Below are positions 1-9,091 of a DNA stretch of 63,159 bases, in pieces. Under the pieces are notes generated by a model. It was not told the origin of the DNA and made no database searches. It saw nothing but the letters and a program-made list of their open reading frames with translations. Every line of letters starts with the position of its first letter. The first letter of the stretch is position 1. The stretch comes from Minisyncoccota bacterium (lineage in GTDB: Bacteria; Patescibacteriota; Minisyncoccia; Phycocordibacterales; UBA1550). The position numbers and the translations under genes are program-made. The stretch spans positions 1-63,159 of the forward strand of contig JBAZWZ010000005.1 of assembly GCA_041660105.1 (NCBI GenBank). The letters run 5' to 3'.

Positions 1-238
1 AAACAAATAATGATTGTGATTTTCAAATTCCCAATAAGAATCGGCGTATTAGTACTCCTCTGCTGAAACGATTACTCGTCTTACACATAGAGCCTATCAA
101 CGTGATCATCTCTCACGGGCCTCAAACGAATTCTGATCTTGGGGTTGGCTTCCTTCTTAGATGCTTTCAGAAGTTATCCATTCCCGACATAGCTACGCTG
201 CGGTGCCCTTGGCAGGACAGCAGCCACACCAGAGGTCA

Positions 239-269
<31 letters not shown>

Positions 270-321
270 ATCCCCTCAAAATTCAACGCCTGCAGAAGAT
301 AGGAGACCAACCTGTCTCACG

Positions 322-754
322 CATTACTGTTTTACATCTCGCTCTGGTCTCCAAACCGCGAGAACCTCTTTTTCAAGAGGGATCGGACTATAGCATCGCC
401 TTGTTTTTAGCAAGGGTGCTGACGTTTAGTCTCTACGGGCACAGTATACTCTACTGTTTCCCTCGGAATTATCATACGATTTTACTCGCTTAGATTTTCC
501 CGAAATTAGTCAACTTGTCTACATACATCACTGTACATAGCCGCCGTGATTATGATGTCATTATTGATGAGTTTAGTCTCATCGCCTCGGGTTCAAACTA
601 AGAGAAGTCAATTACAAAGAAGATATGAACCCGTACTGGACTTGTCCATACGGAACCATATTAGCTCCTCGGCTCGGAAATATGAAAGATTACTTTCTTA
701 TTTCTCTCGCCCTACGTCGCTAATAATCTCACTATCTTTGTAATTCACTCCTCT
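322..754 (-). ncRNA. group I intron in 23S rRNA at the site equivalent to E. coli U2593/C2594
   Basis: Removing 322-754 joins GGGTTCAAACCGT|CGTGAGACAGG and restores the universal AACGUCGUGAGACAG-type block at the same length. The 5' exon ends in U and the intron ends in G (322). Minus-strand core elements are R-like GAGACTAAAC (424-433), P8 hairpin CCTTG/CAAGG (399-415) and S-like CTATAGTCC (385-393), giving P7 GACTA/TAGTC. No ORF lies inside. Confidence 0.75.
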
Positions 755-1413
755 ACGGTTTGAACCCAGCTCACGTATCTTTTTAATTGGCGAACAGCCA
801 AACCCTTGGAAGCTTCTCCACCTCCAGGATAAGATGAGCCGACATCGAGGTGCCGAACTCTGCCGTCGATATGAACTCTTGGGCAGAACTAGCCTGTTAT
901 CCCCGTGGTAGCTTTTATCCGTTAATCTTCGACCGCATCTAAAGCGTGTCGTCGGTTCACTATGCTCTGCTTTCGCACCTGCTCGACATGTCCGTCTTGC
1001 AGTTAAGCCCTCTTTTGCCATTACGCTATCGGCACGGTTTCCATTCGCGCCTAGAGGACCTTAATAGACTCCTCCGTTACCTTTTAGGAGGAGAGCGCCC
1101 CACTCAAACTACCCGCCAAATACTGTCTCCGTGCGTTTTTTCCGTACAGATTAGAATATGCCCCAAGTAAGGGTGGTATTTCACTGTTGACTCCAGACAA
1201 ACCGAAACCTGTCCTTCAAAGTCTCCCACCTATGCTACGCATACACAGAACATATTCAATATTAAGCTATAGTAAAGCTCACGGGGTCTTTTCGTCTATC
1301 TGCAGGTAACCGGCATCTTCACCGGTATTGTATTTTCACCGAGCTGCTTCTCGAGACAGTTCCCCACTCATTACGCCATTCGTGCACGTCTGAACTTACC
1401 AGACAAGGAATTA

Positions 1414-1452
<39 letters not shown>

Positions 1453-1620
1453 CAGGGCTTATACAAGCCAGCAATACAACCGAAGTCATATCACCACCCG
1501 TATTTAACCTTCTGGCATTGGTCAGGCGTCACCCCATATACATCCTCTTACGAGTTCGCATGGAGCTGTGTTTTTGGTAAACAGTTGGCAGGGAATCTTT
1601 CGCTGCGGCCTCCACCACTT

Positions 1621-2107
1621 TATTTTCAAAGTAGTTTCAGAGCCAGAAAAATTAGTCAACATTTTATTTGATGAGTTTGTAATTATAGGCTTCAGAGAGA
1701 CCACTATTCTTTAAAAATAGTGGATCCCCTGAGGGGTGCGGTAAGTAAACAGGTGCATGGCCTTACCGATACCTATTTCGGTTTTTTTGGCTTTCATACA
1801 TAGGCCCTGTTGCTTTTTCCGCAAACCCCATCAGAGGCTTTAGAGACTTTGTCTCTCTGAAGCCCACAATCACTCACCTTCTCAAATACTTTTTTTGTGT
1901 TTGATATCAGCTCTGATATCAAACACGGTCTCGATACACTCAATTCTTCGGACTCCATCACTATTGCATAAGCATTGATTAAATTGCTTTAGTTGCGAGG
2001 CGGGAAGAATTTTTTACGACCAAGATGTACAAGTGTACATTGCGTGGAGGAAAAAATTCTTCTCAACGATGCAAATGAAGTAATTTTATCGATGCGCTTT
2101 AAACGCA
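1621..2107 (-). other. ~487-nt insertion at the tip of 23S helix 63 (expansion segment, IVS or atypical intron)
   Basis: A 13-bp helix (1608-1620, GCCTCCACCACTT, with 2108-2120, AAGTGGTGGAGGC) sits where E. coli H63 (~1707-1751) is a short hairpin. The enclosed 487 nt has long-range helices (GGCTTCAGAGAGAC 1699-1712 with GTCTCTCTGAAGCC 1850-1863) and several perfect hairpins. I found no S-type group I element and no ORF. Confidence 0.6.
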
Positions 2108-2757
2108 AAGTGGTGGAGGCAAGCCTTATCCCGAAGTTACGGCTGCTTTTTTGCCGAGTTCCTTGAGAAGCAATCACTCGTTCGCCTTAGTCTACTCGAC
2201 TCGAGCACCTGTGTCGGTTTTAGGTACGGTTTTTTATTTGTTATGCTTAGAAGCTTTTCTCGGAAAGTTGCTTTGCTGTATCTGCTCAGGCGAACCTGAG
2301 CATTTCTGCTTCACTTGCGCTCGGTATTAAAACCAGACTCCCGGATTTACCTAAGAATCGCACTGATGACACAAACGCAAATCCAATAATGCGCACGGCA
2401 TACTAACCTTCGTCACTCCATCGCACAAATAAAAAGTTAAGGAATATTAACCTTATGTCCATCGGCTTCAGCTTTCGCTATCACCTTAGGCCCGACTAAC
2501 CCTTCGCTGATCAACATCGCAAAGGAAACCTTGCTCTTACGGCGTGCGGGGATCTCACCCGCATTGTGGTTACTTGTGCCAACATTCTCACTTCGTGCCG
2601 CTCCAGAGTTGCTCACACTTCTCCTTCAGCGCAGACACGAACGCTCTCCTACCGCTCCCCCATCTCTAAAGACGAGAGAACCCTCAGTTTCGGTACTACG
2701 CTTAGTCCCGATTATCTTCGGTGCAGAGTCTCTTAGTGAGTGAGCTGTTACGCTTTC

Positions 2758-2789
<32 letters not shown>

Positions 2790-3362
2790 TCACTGTCTGA
2801 GAAACTCCACCTCCTTAAGTACACTTAGCGTAGATTTTGGGACCTTAACTTGAGATCAGGGCTGTTTCCCTTTTGACCGACGGAGCTTCGCCCCCGTAGT
2901 CTTACTGCCGAGTATTTAATCTCTGGTATTCGGAGTTTGATAGGGTTAACGAGATTGCTCCCTGTTTAACCCTTCCAGTGCTCTACCCCCAGAGGGTACG
3001 CTCGACGCTATGCCAAAACATATTTCGGAGAGAACCAGCTATTACCAGATTCGATTAGCTTTTCACTCCTTACCACAAGTCATCCGATGGTGTCGCACGG
3101 CCAACCGGTTCGGGCCTCCATCTGTATTTCTACAAACTTCACCCTGCTCATGGTAAGCTCATCTGGCTTCGGGTCTCATGCATACAACAAACGCGCTATT
3201 CACACTCGGTTTCCCTAAGGCTCCACCCGACAAGGGCTTAGCCGCGCTGTATACATGAACTCGTTGGCTCATTCTTCAATAGGCACGCAGTCACTCTAAA
3301 TAAATTTAAAGCTCCTACTCCTTGTAAGCATATGGTTTCAGTTCTATTTCACTCCCCTCACC

Positions 3363-3407
<45 letters not shown>

Positions 3408-3927
3408 TTCTAAGAGTATTTAGCCTTACCAGTTAGTTCTGGTAGATTCCCCCGAGCTATTCGTGTCTCGAAGTACTCAAGAACAGAGACAAAGAAGATG
3501 TAATGTTTTCGTTTACCGGGCTATCACCGTCTAGGGCCTTGCTTTCCAGCAAGTTCAACTAACATTACATTTTGTAACTCCTCTCGTATAAATACGACGT
3601 CTCTGCCTTACAACCCCTACTATAAATAGTAGGTTTGGGCTATTTCCGTTTCGCTCGCCGCTATTCAGGAAATGTTCCGCCATTCGGCGGCTTTTTTTAT
3701 TTTCCTCCAGGTACTGAGATGTTTCACTTCCCTGGGTATACTCCAACATTTAAATGTTGGTCATGACCTATAACAGTCATGGGGTTTCCCCATTCAGAGA
3801 TCTCCGGATCAAAGGTTGCTAGGCACCTCCCCGAAGCTTATCGCAGCCATGCTACGTCTTTCATCGCCTCTTAGAACCAAGGCATCCACCATATGCTCTT
3901 AAATTTCTTATTAGGAAATTTAAAAAC

Positions 3928-3945
3928 CACAATCATTATTTGTTT
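3928..3945 (-). promoter_or_regulatory. 5' half of the pre-23S processing stem (pairs with window positions 1-18)
   Basis: CACAATCATTATTTGTTT (3928-3945) is the perfect reverse complement of positions 1-18. It brackets the mature 23S ends like an RNase III processing stem. Weaker pairing continues inward (19-30 / 3915-3927). Confidence 0.7.
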
Positions 3946-3997
3946 CCCGAGCACCAATACTGGTGCTCGGTAGCCTCGCTTGCTTAGAGCGAGACTT

Positions 3998-4154
3998 CAC
4001 CTCGTCTTTAATTTAGTCTTCGTAAATTTCGCTAAAAATTTCTGGCGAGACGAGGAGAAAAATTTGAATTGAACCGAGGTTCAAAGAAAATTTTTCTCAA
4101 AGTCGTAGCCGACATTTTTTGCGAAATGCGAAGAAGTCAATTAAAGACGAGGTG
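3998..4154 (-). repeat. 157-nt imperfect palindrome in the 23S leader, with boxA-like CTCGTCTTTAATT arms
   Basis: Arms CACCTCGTCTTTAATT...GAACC / GGTTC...AATTAAAGACGAGGTG are centred near 4078. The outer 16 nt are perfect and the inner part is degenerate. GTCTTTAAT resembles the boxA core (CTCTTTAAC). Confidence 0.55.
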
Positions 4155-4365
4155 CGTTCTTACCTGCCCGTCTCCACACACTCAAAGACCTCCTTAACGG
4201 TGTGTGGGACGGCATGAAATTGTCAATCAACAATCGATGAGATTTCTTTTCGGAAACAAAAAAACCGCTTTTATGGGCGGGTCAAAATAGAAGCCGTAAT
4301 GGTTCCTATATTATCCCAGCCAAGGGGTATTTCTCATTCCGATACTCATATACAACAATCCAGCC

Positions 4366-4393
4366 ATTATATACGAAAAAAAACCTGTGTCAA
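4366..4393 (-). promoter_or_regulatory. sigma70-type promoter for the 23S transcription unit
   Basis: The minus strand reads TTGACA (4388-4393), a 16-nt spacer, then TATAAT (4366-4371). An AT-rich tandem motif lies just upstream (4405-4440). Confidence 0.7.
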
Positions 4394-4451
4394 GGACTTT
4401 GGGCAGAATATAGAATATTGAATTTTGAATATGGAATATGGGCCCAAAATG

Positions 4452-4486
4452 CATAGAAAAACCCGCCTTTGGGCGGGTTTTTCTAT
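4452..4486 (-). terminator. intrinsic terminator hairpin (pair member with 5153-5188)
   Basis: CATAGAAAAACCCGCC-TTTG-GGCGGGTTTTTCTAT with A/T runs on both sides, downstream of CDS 4524-5075. Confidence 0.75.
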
Positions 4487-4523
4487 AAATATCAATCCTA
4501 CAAAATGCAACATCATTGAATGA

Positions 4524-5075
4524 TTATCTTACGGGAAAAGGAGAAGGTGTGGGACGAGTAAAAGACGGGGGTAGGACGACGGGGTTATTCATCCTAGGAT
4601 TATTCAATCTAGATAGTTTTATACCAATAATATTCATACCAATTATTACGACAATCAAGCTAATGAAGCCTAGGAGTATCAACCTGAGAGAAAGTAGTTT
4701 TGCGACAACGCCATACTTTCTAAATATGTTCGCTAGCAAAAAGAACACGGCCGCCCACAAACTCGAATTTATCAAAACACTGTAAGTAAAATTACTACCA
4801 CTTGTTGATGATGGTTCCCATACCTCCTGCATTGGATGAGGCTCATAATGAAAAGGGATTGGCCATCCTGTCTCAAGTGGTTTTATTAGATTCCTATCAA
4901 ATGAGGTGTCCGTTGTCCAGAATATTGAACTTTGAGTAAAGACGGTCGCGAAAACAATAATGAGTCCCGCAACTTTTACTTTACTACCTTTTGCTTGAAA
5001 GATATGCAGAATATTGATTGCGAGGACCGCATGAATAAAGAAGAAGAAGGTGAATATAATTGAGATATAGGACAT
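4524..5075 (-). CDS. hypothetical multi-pass membrane protein
   Basis: 183-aa ORF with about 4 hydrophobic helices and no recognisable motif. Confidence 0.6.
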   Translation of the reverse strand: MSYISIIFTFFFFIHAVLAINILHIFQAKGSKVKVAGLIIVFATVFTQSSIFWTTDTSFDRNLIKPLETGWPIPFHYEPHPMQEVWEPSSTSGSNFTYSVLINSSLWAAVFFLLANIFRKYGVVAKLLSLRLILLGFISLIVVIIGMNIIGIKLSRLNNPRMNNPVVLPPSFTRPTPSPFPVR

Positions 5076-5152
5076 AGCTGTAGTGTTAAAATTTCCTTTT
5101 CGTAGAAAGTTAGATTGCGGGACGAATTATTGACTAGTGTAGCATACCAACC

Positions 5153-5188
5153 CATAGAAAAACCCGCCTTTAGGCGGGTTTTTCTATG
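5153..5188 (-). terminator. intrinsic terminator hairpin, near-identical to 4452-4486
   Basis: CATAGAAAAACCCGCC-TTTA-GGCGGGTTTTTCTATG. Only one loop base differs from the 4452 copy. It lies downstream of CDS 5244-5930. Confidence 0.75.
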
Positions 5189-5243
5189 TCTTTATACTTT
5201 AGACTTTTGACTTTTTGACTTTTTGACTTGAGCGTTAGCGAGC

Positions 5244-5930
5244 CTACTTATTCGAGATGTCCTCGCGGAGCTTCTCGATATAGTTTGCTGCTGCTTCCTT
5301 GCCACCAAGTCCGAATGCGAGACCTCCTGCGAGAGCAAGCATTGCTACGAGCCCTGTGAAGAGTGTCTGCATCATACCCGCAGCGATACCGAGCTGGTTC
5401 ATTGCTGCAAGAATTGCAACAATCCAGATAGACCAACGTGCAATACCACCAACGAATCCTGCTGACTTTGACTCAAGAGCGCGAGCGCCACCGGCCATCA
5501 CCTTCTGTGTGAAGTCTGCAAGAACTGCTGCGGTAACCAAGATCAATGTTGCAACGATAACCTGTGGAATGTATCCAAGTACAACGTTGAGCAAGAACTG
5601 ATTAACTGCCTGGAGGTTGAGAATATCAAGAGCAGTCACGAGGAATACTACAATGATAAACCACTTAACCAAACCGCCGAGGAATGCGCCAGTGTTAAGT
5701 CTGAAACCTGCTTTCTCAAGAAGACCGCGTGCTCCTGCGCTTTCGAGGACTGAATCAATCTTTGTTGCCTTTACAAGCTTAGCAATAACCTCAGCAAGAA
5801 CTGAGCCAACAACCCACCCTGCAATGAAAATTACAATTGCAACGAGAAGCTTTGGAAGGAACGCGATCAACTGTCCGCCAATCCCCTGAAATGATCCCCC
5901 CAACTGTGTTCCCCAATCTGAAATAAGCAT
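5244..5930 (-). CDS. membrane protein with repeated conserved-TM-helix motifs (CmpX / MscS-N-terminal-like)
   Basis: 228-aa ORF with repeated 'LP.LL.A..I...G' style TM segments alternating with short amphipathic linkers. Confidence 0.55.
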   Translation of the reverse strand: MLISDWGTQLGGSFQGIGGQLIAFLPKLLVAIVIFIAGWVVGSVLAEVIAKLVKATKIDSVLESAGARGLLEKAGFRLNTGAFLGGLVKWFIIVVFLVTALDILNLQAVNQFLLNVVLGYIPQVIVATLILVTAAVLADFTQKVMAGGARALESKSAGFVGGIARWSIWIVAILAAMNQLGIAAGMMQTLFTGLVAMLALAGGLAFGLGGKEAAANYIEKLREDISNK

Positions 5931-6062
5931 ATTTTTATTTGTTATGCGCAGTTTCGTCTGCGCGTAAACATTAATTATTTAAAACTAATAAATTCTATCA
6001 ACTCCTTTACGCGGATGATGACCTTTTTATTATACCATTTTGAGGGACGGGGGCAAATGGGG

Positions 6063-6072
6063 TGTGGATAAC
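6063..6072 (-). promoter_or_regulatory. GTTATCCACA box (DnaA-box-like)
   Basis: Perfect 10-mer, about 28 nt upstream of the extended -10 TGGTATAAT that precedes CDS 5244-5930. Confidence 0.5.
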
Positions 6073-6079
6073 CGCAAGT

Positions 6080-6700
6080 TTACTCAACCCCTATTTTGTC
6101 GAGAATCGTATCATGACGGAAATCGAGGATATCGCGGACAAATTTGTCATATACACTAAGGCGGTAAAGGAAATCAGCTGTATCGAGCGCGCCGTACGAA
6201 AGCTCCTTCCCTACTTCTGCCTCAATAGACTTGAGCACGGTTTCAATGGCGCGCTTTTTGAGATTGTCCCCAACGATGAGTACGTCCACGCGTGCCTCAG
6301 GTTCATCAATAAAAATACCTGAGAGGACGAGGAGCTTCACCTTCCCTACTGATTTGAAACGACGGCTTATCTCATCTCTATTGAGTGGTGTTTCAGAAAT
6401 GACGAGATTCTTGAGGGGAACAAGAAGTGAGAATCCTGGCTTGAGCTGCACTCCCTGCACTCGCTTCCTTGTTGCAGGTTTCTTTGAACCACGCTTAGGG
6501 GGAATTTCTTTGAAATAACTTTTGTCCGAGAGGAAGCCAACCTTTTTGAGAAGTGCAATTTCGCGACGAGTCTCTGTCGTTGATACTTTGCTTTTTTCGG
6601 CAATGGTTGGCACGTCATATGCATCAAGCGGGTTCAAAAGAAAGAGGCGCAAAATCTTTACGCGCGCCTGGCTTCCAAAAAGTTTTCCGAGGGTATCCAT
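6080..6700 (-). CDS. winged-helix (ArsR-like N-terminus) DNA-binding protein
   Basis: 206-aa ORF. The N-terminus (ARVKILRLFLLNP..YDVPTIAEKSKVSTTETRREIALLKKVGFL) is a wHTH pattern. TGGTATAAT lies 7 nt upstream of the ATG. Confidence 0.6.
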   Translation of the reverse strand: MDTLGKLFGSQARVKILRLFLLNPLDAYDVPTIAEKSKVSTTETRREIALLKKVGFLSDKSYFKEIPPKRGSKKPATRKRVQGVQLKPGFSLLVPLKNLVISETPLNRDEISRRFKSVGKVKLLVLSGIFIDEPEARVDVLIVGDNLKKRAIETVLKSIEAEVGKELSYGALDTADFLYRLSVYDKFVRDILDFRHDTILDKIGVE

Positions 6701-6771
6701 GCGGGGAATTATACCACTTTATAAAAATATAGACCAATACCCTACTGCAGATGCCTCGGAGTATCGGTCTA

Positions 6772-6838
6772 TATTAACTCCTCGACTCAACAATGAGAAA
6801 GATTACTTTCTCATTGTGCTCGCCCTACGTCGTTAATA
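6772..6838 (-). repeat. 67-nt structured hairpin element, copy 3
   Basis: TATTAAC-TCCTCGACTC..hairpin ACAATGAGAAAG/CTTTCTCATTGT..CTCGCCCTACGTC-GTTAATA. Homologous to 659-725 and 9721-9785, with compensatory changes in both stems. Confidence 0.8.
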
Positions 6839-6870
6839 AAAGAAAAAGCCCCGCGGTACTCCGCGGGGCT
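6838..6870 (-). terminator. intrinsic terminator (pair member with 7754-7786)
   Basis: AAAGAAAAAGCCCCGCGG-TACT-CCGCGGGGCT, directly after the plsC stop. Confidence 0.75.
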
Positions 6871-6876
6871 TCGAAA

Positions 6877-7665
6877 CTACTCTACTACGTTTGCTTGGGG
6901 AATCTGATTCACTTCTGCTTCCTCATACCCCGAAGGGGCAAGCAGTTCCTGAATCCGCGACATTATTACTGCGGTCGCTTCAATCAACTCTTTATGACTC
7001 GGTTGCCTTTCTGCACAATCTGGTCCAAAAATTTCTTCGCGGGAAATTGGCTTCCCGTACGAAACCACAATTTTGTGCTTCCGGGCGAAAAAATCGCTTG
7101 GCCCCATTCGTTTATGCCCAGAAATTGCTACTGGGACAACAGGTCTCCCTGTGCGCCAAAGTAAGTACGCAACTCCTGGTTTCCCTTGCGCGAGTTGGGA
7201 CCCAGTGTTCAATTTCCCCTCAGGAAAAATGCAAACACTTTTCCCACGAAGCAGTAGGCTGATATGATGTGGGAGCATTTTTTCATAATCTTTGATTCCT
7301 ACAAGTGCTGGATACGCACCCCAGATTTTGAAGACAAGACCACCGTATGCATACCGAATAATTCCCCGCACATCATAGTAACTCCTTTCGCGTGAGACAT
7401 AGTGCATTGGCATTAAGGACGAAAAAGGATTGAGAGTCGCAGGGACAATAAATGGATCCAGTTGACTCAAATGATTAACCGCGAAAATTACTCCGTTATT
7501 ATTCTGCGCGATATACTCCCGTCCTTTTATTACTAATTTACCAAACACCACCAAAGGAACTCTCACGAATGGCCAGTAGAGCGCTTGGAAAATATGGGTA
7601 ATTATTGGGAAAAAATCAATCCGGAAAAACAACGCGGGCAAGAAAAACCCTTTGGGTATTCTCAT
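6877..7665 (-). CDS. plsC: 1-acyl-sn-glycerol-3-phosphate acyltransferase family
   Basis: HX4D motif (NHLSQLD) and FPEGK motif in a 262-aa ORF with an N-terminal hydrophobic segment. Confidence 0.8.
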   Translation of the reverse strand: MRIPKGFFLPALFFRIDFFPIITHIFQALYWPFVRVPLVVFGKLVIKGREYIAQNNNGVIFAVNHLSQLDPFIVPATLNPFSSLMPMHYVSRERSYYDVRGIIRYAYGGLVFKIWGAYPALVGIKDYEKMLPHHISLLLRGKSVCIFPEGKLNTGSQLAQGKPGVAYLLWRTGRPVVPVAISGHKRMGPSDFFARKHKIVVSYGKPISREEIFGPDCAERQPSHKELIEATAVIMSRIQELLAPSGYEEAEVNQIPQANVVE

Positions 7666-7753
7666 GACAATCTCCTTTAACCTAAATGTAGTGTTTCAAA
7701 AAACTTCTGCTTCTATTATTAACCCTATCAAATGGCGTACTATTTGCAAGGAC

Positions 7754-7786
7754 AAAGAAAAAGCCCCGCGGAGTAACGCGGGGCTT
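7754..7786 (-). terminator. intrinsic terminator sharing its 18-nt arm and flank with 6838-6870
   Basis: AAAGAAAAAGCCCCGCG-GAGTAA-CGCGGGGCTT, downstream of CDS 7803-8363. Confidence 0.75.
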
Positions 7787-7802
7787 GGTTAAAAACTTGA
7801 AA

Positions 7803-8363
7803 CTAGTAAAGAAACGACCACGGAGGCGATTTCTCCCACATCGACTCGAAGCGGTCCCGCAATCTCTGAGCAGCATCTGGCTCATTGAAATTACAAACCA
7901 CAAACAATTCATTGCCATCATCGTCAGCCTCACATCGGATTGAGTCCCCTACCACAAGAAAATGTTTTCCATATGGCGCATTAGACACCCGAAAATCAAT
8001 ACGACTCTGAGCTTCTTGAGGAAGCGCCCTGATGACATCCAGTGCACGAGAATTGCCAACATTGCCAAGGAGAATGCGAAAACTGCAGTATGAATTCAGA
8101 AGAATTTTCGCGTAGAATTCAGGTCCAAGTGAGTCGCTGTAAATCAAAACCTCTTCGTTTTTTGCATGGCTAACCATCATACCTGCAACAATTTCAGCGT
8201 GCCATTCCTCTCCATTGAGGAACCGCCGATCCTTCTTGCTGTTCGCAATTTCGGCCACAGCGAAGCGATACTTTTCGCGCTGTACTGGGCTTGCTCCGAA
8301 TTTCGGAAGGAAACCATAAACTTTTGATTTTATTCTAACAAATAACGATTTATGTTGGTTCAT
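7803..8363 (-). CDS. hypothetical protein (start moved to the internal Met with a consensus RBS)
   Basis: The ORF track gives 7803-8471. The ATG at 8363 is preceded by AAGGAG at 6-nt spacing. No confident family: the GKHFLVVGDS segment is only vaguely PLD-like. Confidence 0.55.
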   Translation of the reverse strand: MNQHKSLFVRIKSKVYGFLPKFGASPVQREKYRFAVAEIANSKKDRRFLNGEEWHAEIVAGMMVSHAKNEEVLIYSDSLGPEFYAKILLNSYCSFRILLGNVGNSRALDVIRALPQEAQSRIDFRVSNAPYGKHFLVVGDSIRCEADDDGNELFVVCNFNEPDAAQRLRDRFESMWEKSPPWSFLY

Positions 8364-8471
8364 CACTATCTCCTTCTCTTGTGCGTTGATATTTCGAAAT
8401 ACTTCTTTTCTATTTGAAAGACTAGCAAATGAGGGGTAATTTGCAAGGGGAAGATTAGGTAACTTTTGCAC

Positions 8472-8580
8472 CAGCCGTCGGCGGGTACGCCTCCCTAAGG
8501 ACCCACGGTCCTCAGCGCTCGCTTGAGTACAAGCTCACTGCTCTCCTTCACGGAAAACTTCCGTTTTCCGGCCCTTTCCC
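8472..8580 (-). ncRNA. candidate structured RNA / leader (GC-rich hairpin series)
   Basis: About 60% GC in an otherwise AT-rich spacer. Minus-sense hairpins: CGGAAAAC-GGAA-GUUUUCCG (GNRA loop), GCUUG-UACU-CAAGC, CUGAGGACC-GUG-GGUCCUUAG, GGCG-UACC-CGCC. I recognised no known family. Confidence 0.3.
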
Positions 8581-8610
8581 AAGCAGACGCAAAGGTAACT
8601 TTGAATATCA

Positions 8611-8665
8611 CACTTCCAAATAAAAAACCCCGAGGAATTTCCTCGGGGTTTTTTATTTGGAAGTG
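8611..8665 (-). terminator. rplL terminator (long perfect hairpin)
   Basis: CACTTCCAAATAAAAAACCCCGAGGA-att-TCCTCGGGGTTTTTTATTTGGAAGTG. Confidence 0.85.
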
Positions 8666-8673
8666 TAATAGTA

Positions 8674-9063
8674 TTACTTCAAAGTTACCTTTGCGCCTGC
8701 TTCCTCGAGCTTCTTCTTGAACGCTTCTGCGTCTGCCTTCTTCATACCCTCCTTGAGCATTGAAGGTGCTGCGTCTACGAGATCCTTTGCCTCCTTGAGA
8801 CCAAGTGCGAGAACCTCCTTTACAACCTTGATAACCGCAATCTTCTGGTCACCTGTTGCTGAGAGCTCTACGTTGAATGAGTCCTTCTCTTCTGCGCCTG
8901 CTGATGCGGCTGCGGGAGCTGCGGCTGCTGCTACTGCAGAAACACCAAACTTCTCCTCGAGAACCTTTACGAGCTCGTGAAGATCAAGAACAGTCATTGT
9001 CTCGATTTTCTCTACAAGGTCCTTGAACTTTGCAGGAACTACTACGTCTTTGTTTTCTGTCAT
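8674..9063 (-). CDS. rplL: 50S ribosomal protein L7/L12
   Basis: 129 aa with an Ala-rich hinge and a C-terminal [19 protein letters not shown]...[10 protein letters not shown] signature. Confidence 0.97.
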   Translation of the reverse strand: MTENKDVVVPAKFKDLVEKIETMTVLDLHELVKVLEEKFGVSAVAAAAAPAAASAGAEEKDSFNVELSATGDQKIAVIKVVKEVLALGLKEAKDLVDAAPSMLKEGMKKADAEAFKKKLEEAGAKVTLK

Positions 9064-9091
9064 AATTTTAATAATTAAATTTCTAATTTGG

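Noticed and set aside
8472-8580. SRP (4.5S) RNA, suggested by the GGAA-capped hairpin
   Set aside because: The flanks do not form the long closing helix. The conserved domain IV loops (GUCAGGUCC-GGAA-GGAAGCAGC type) are absent.
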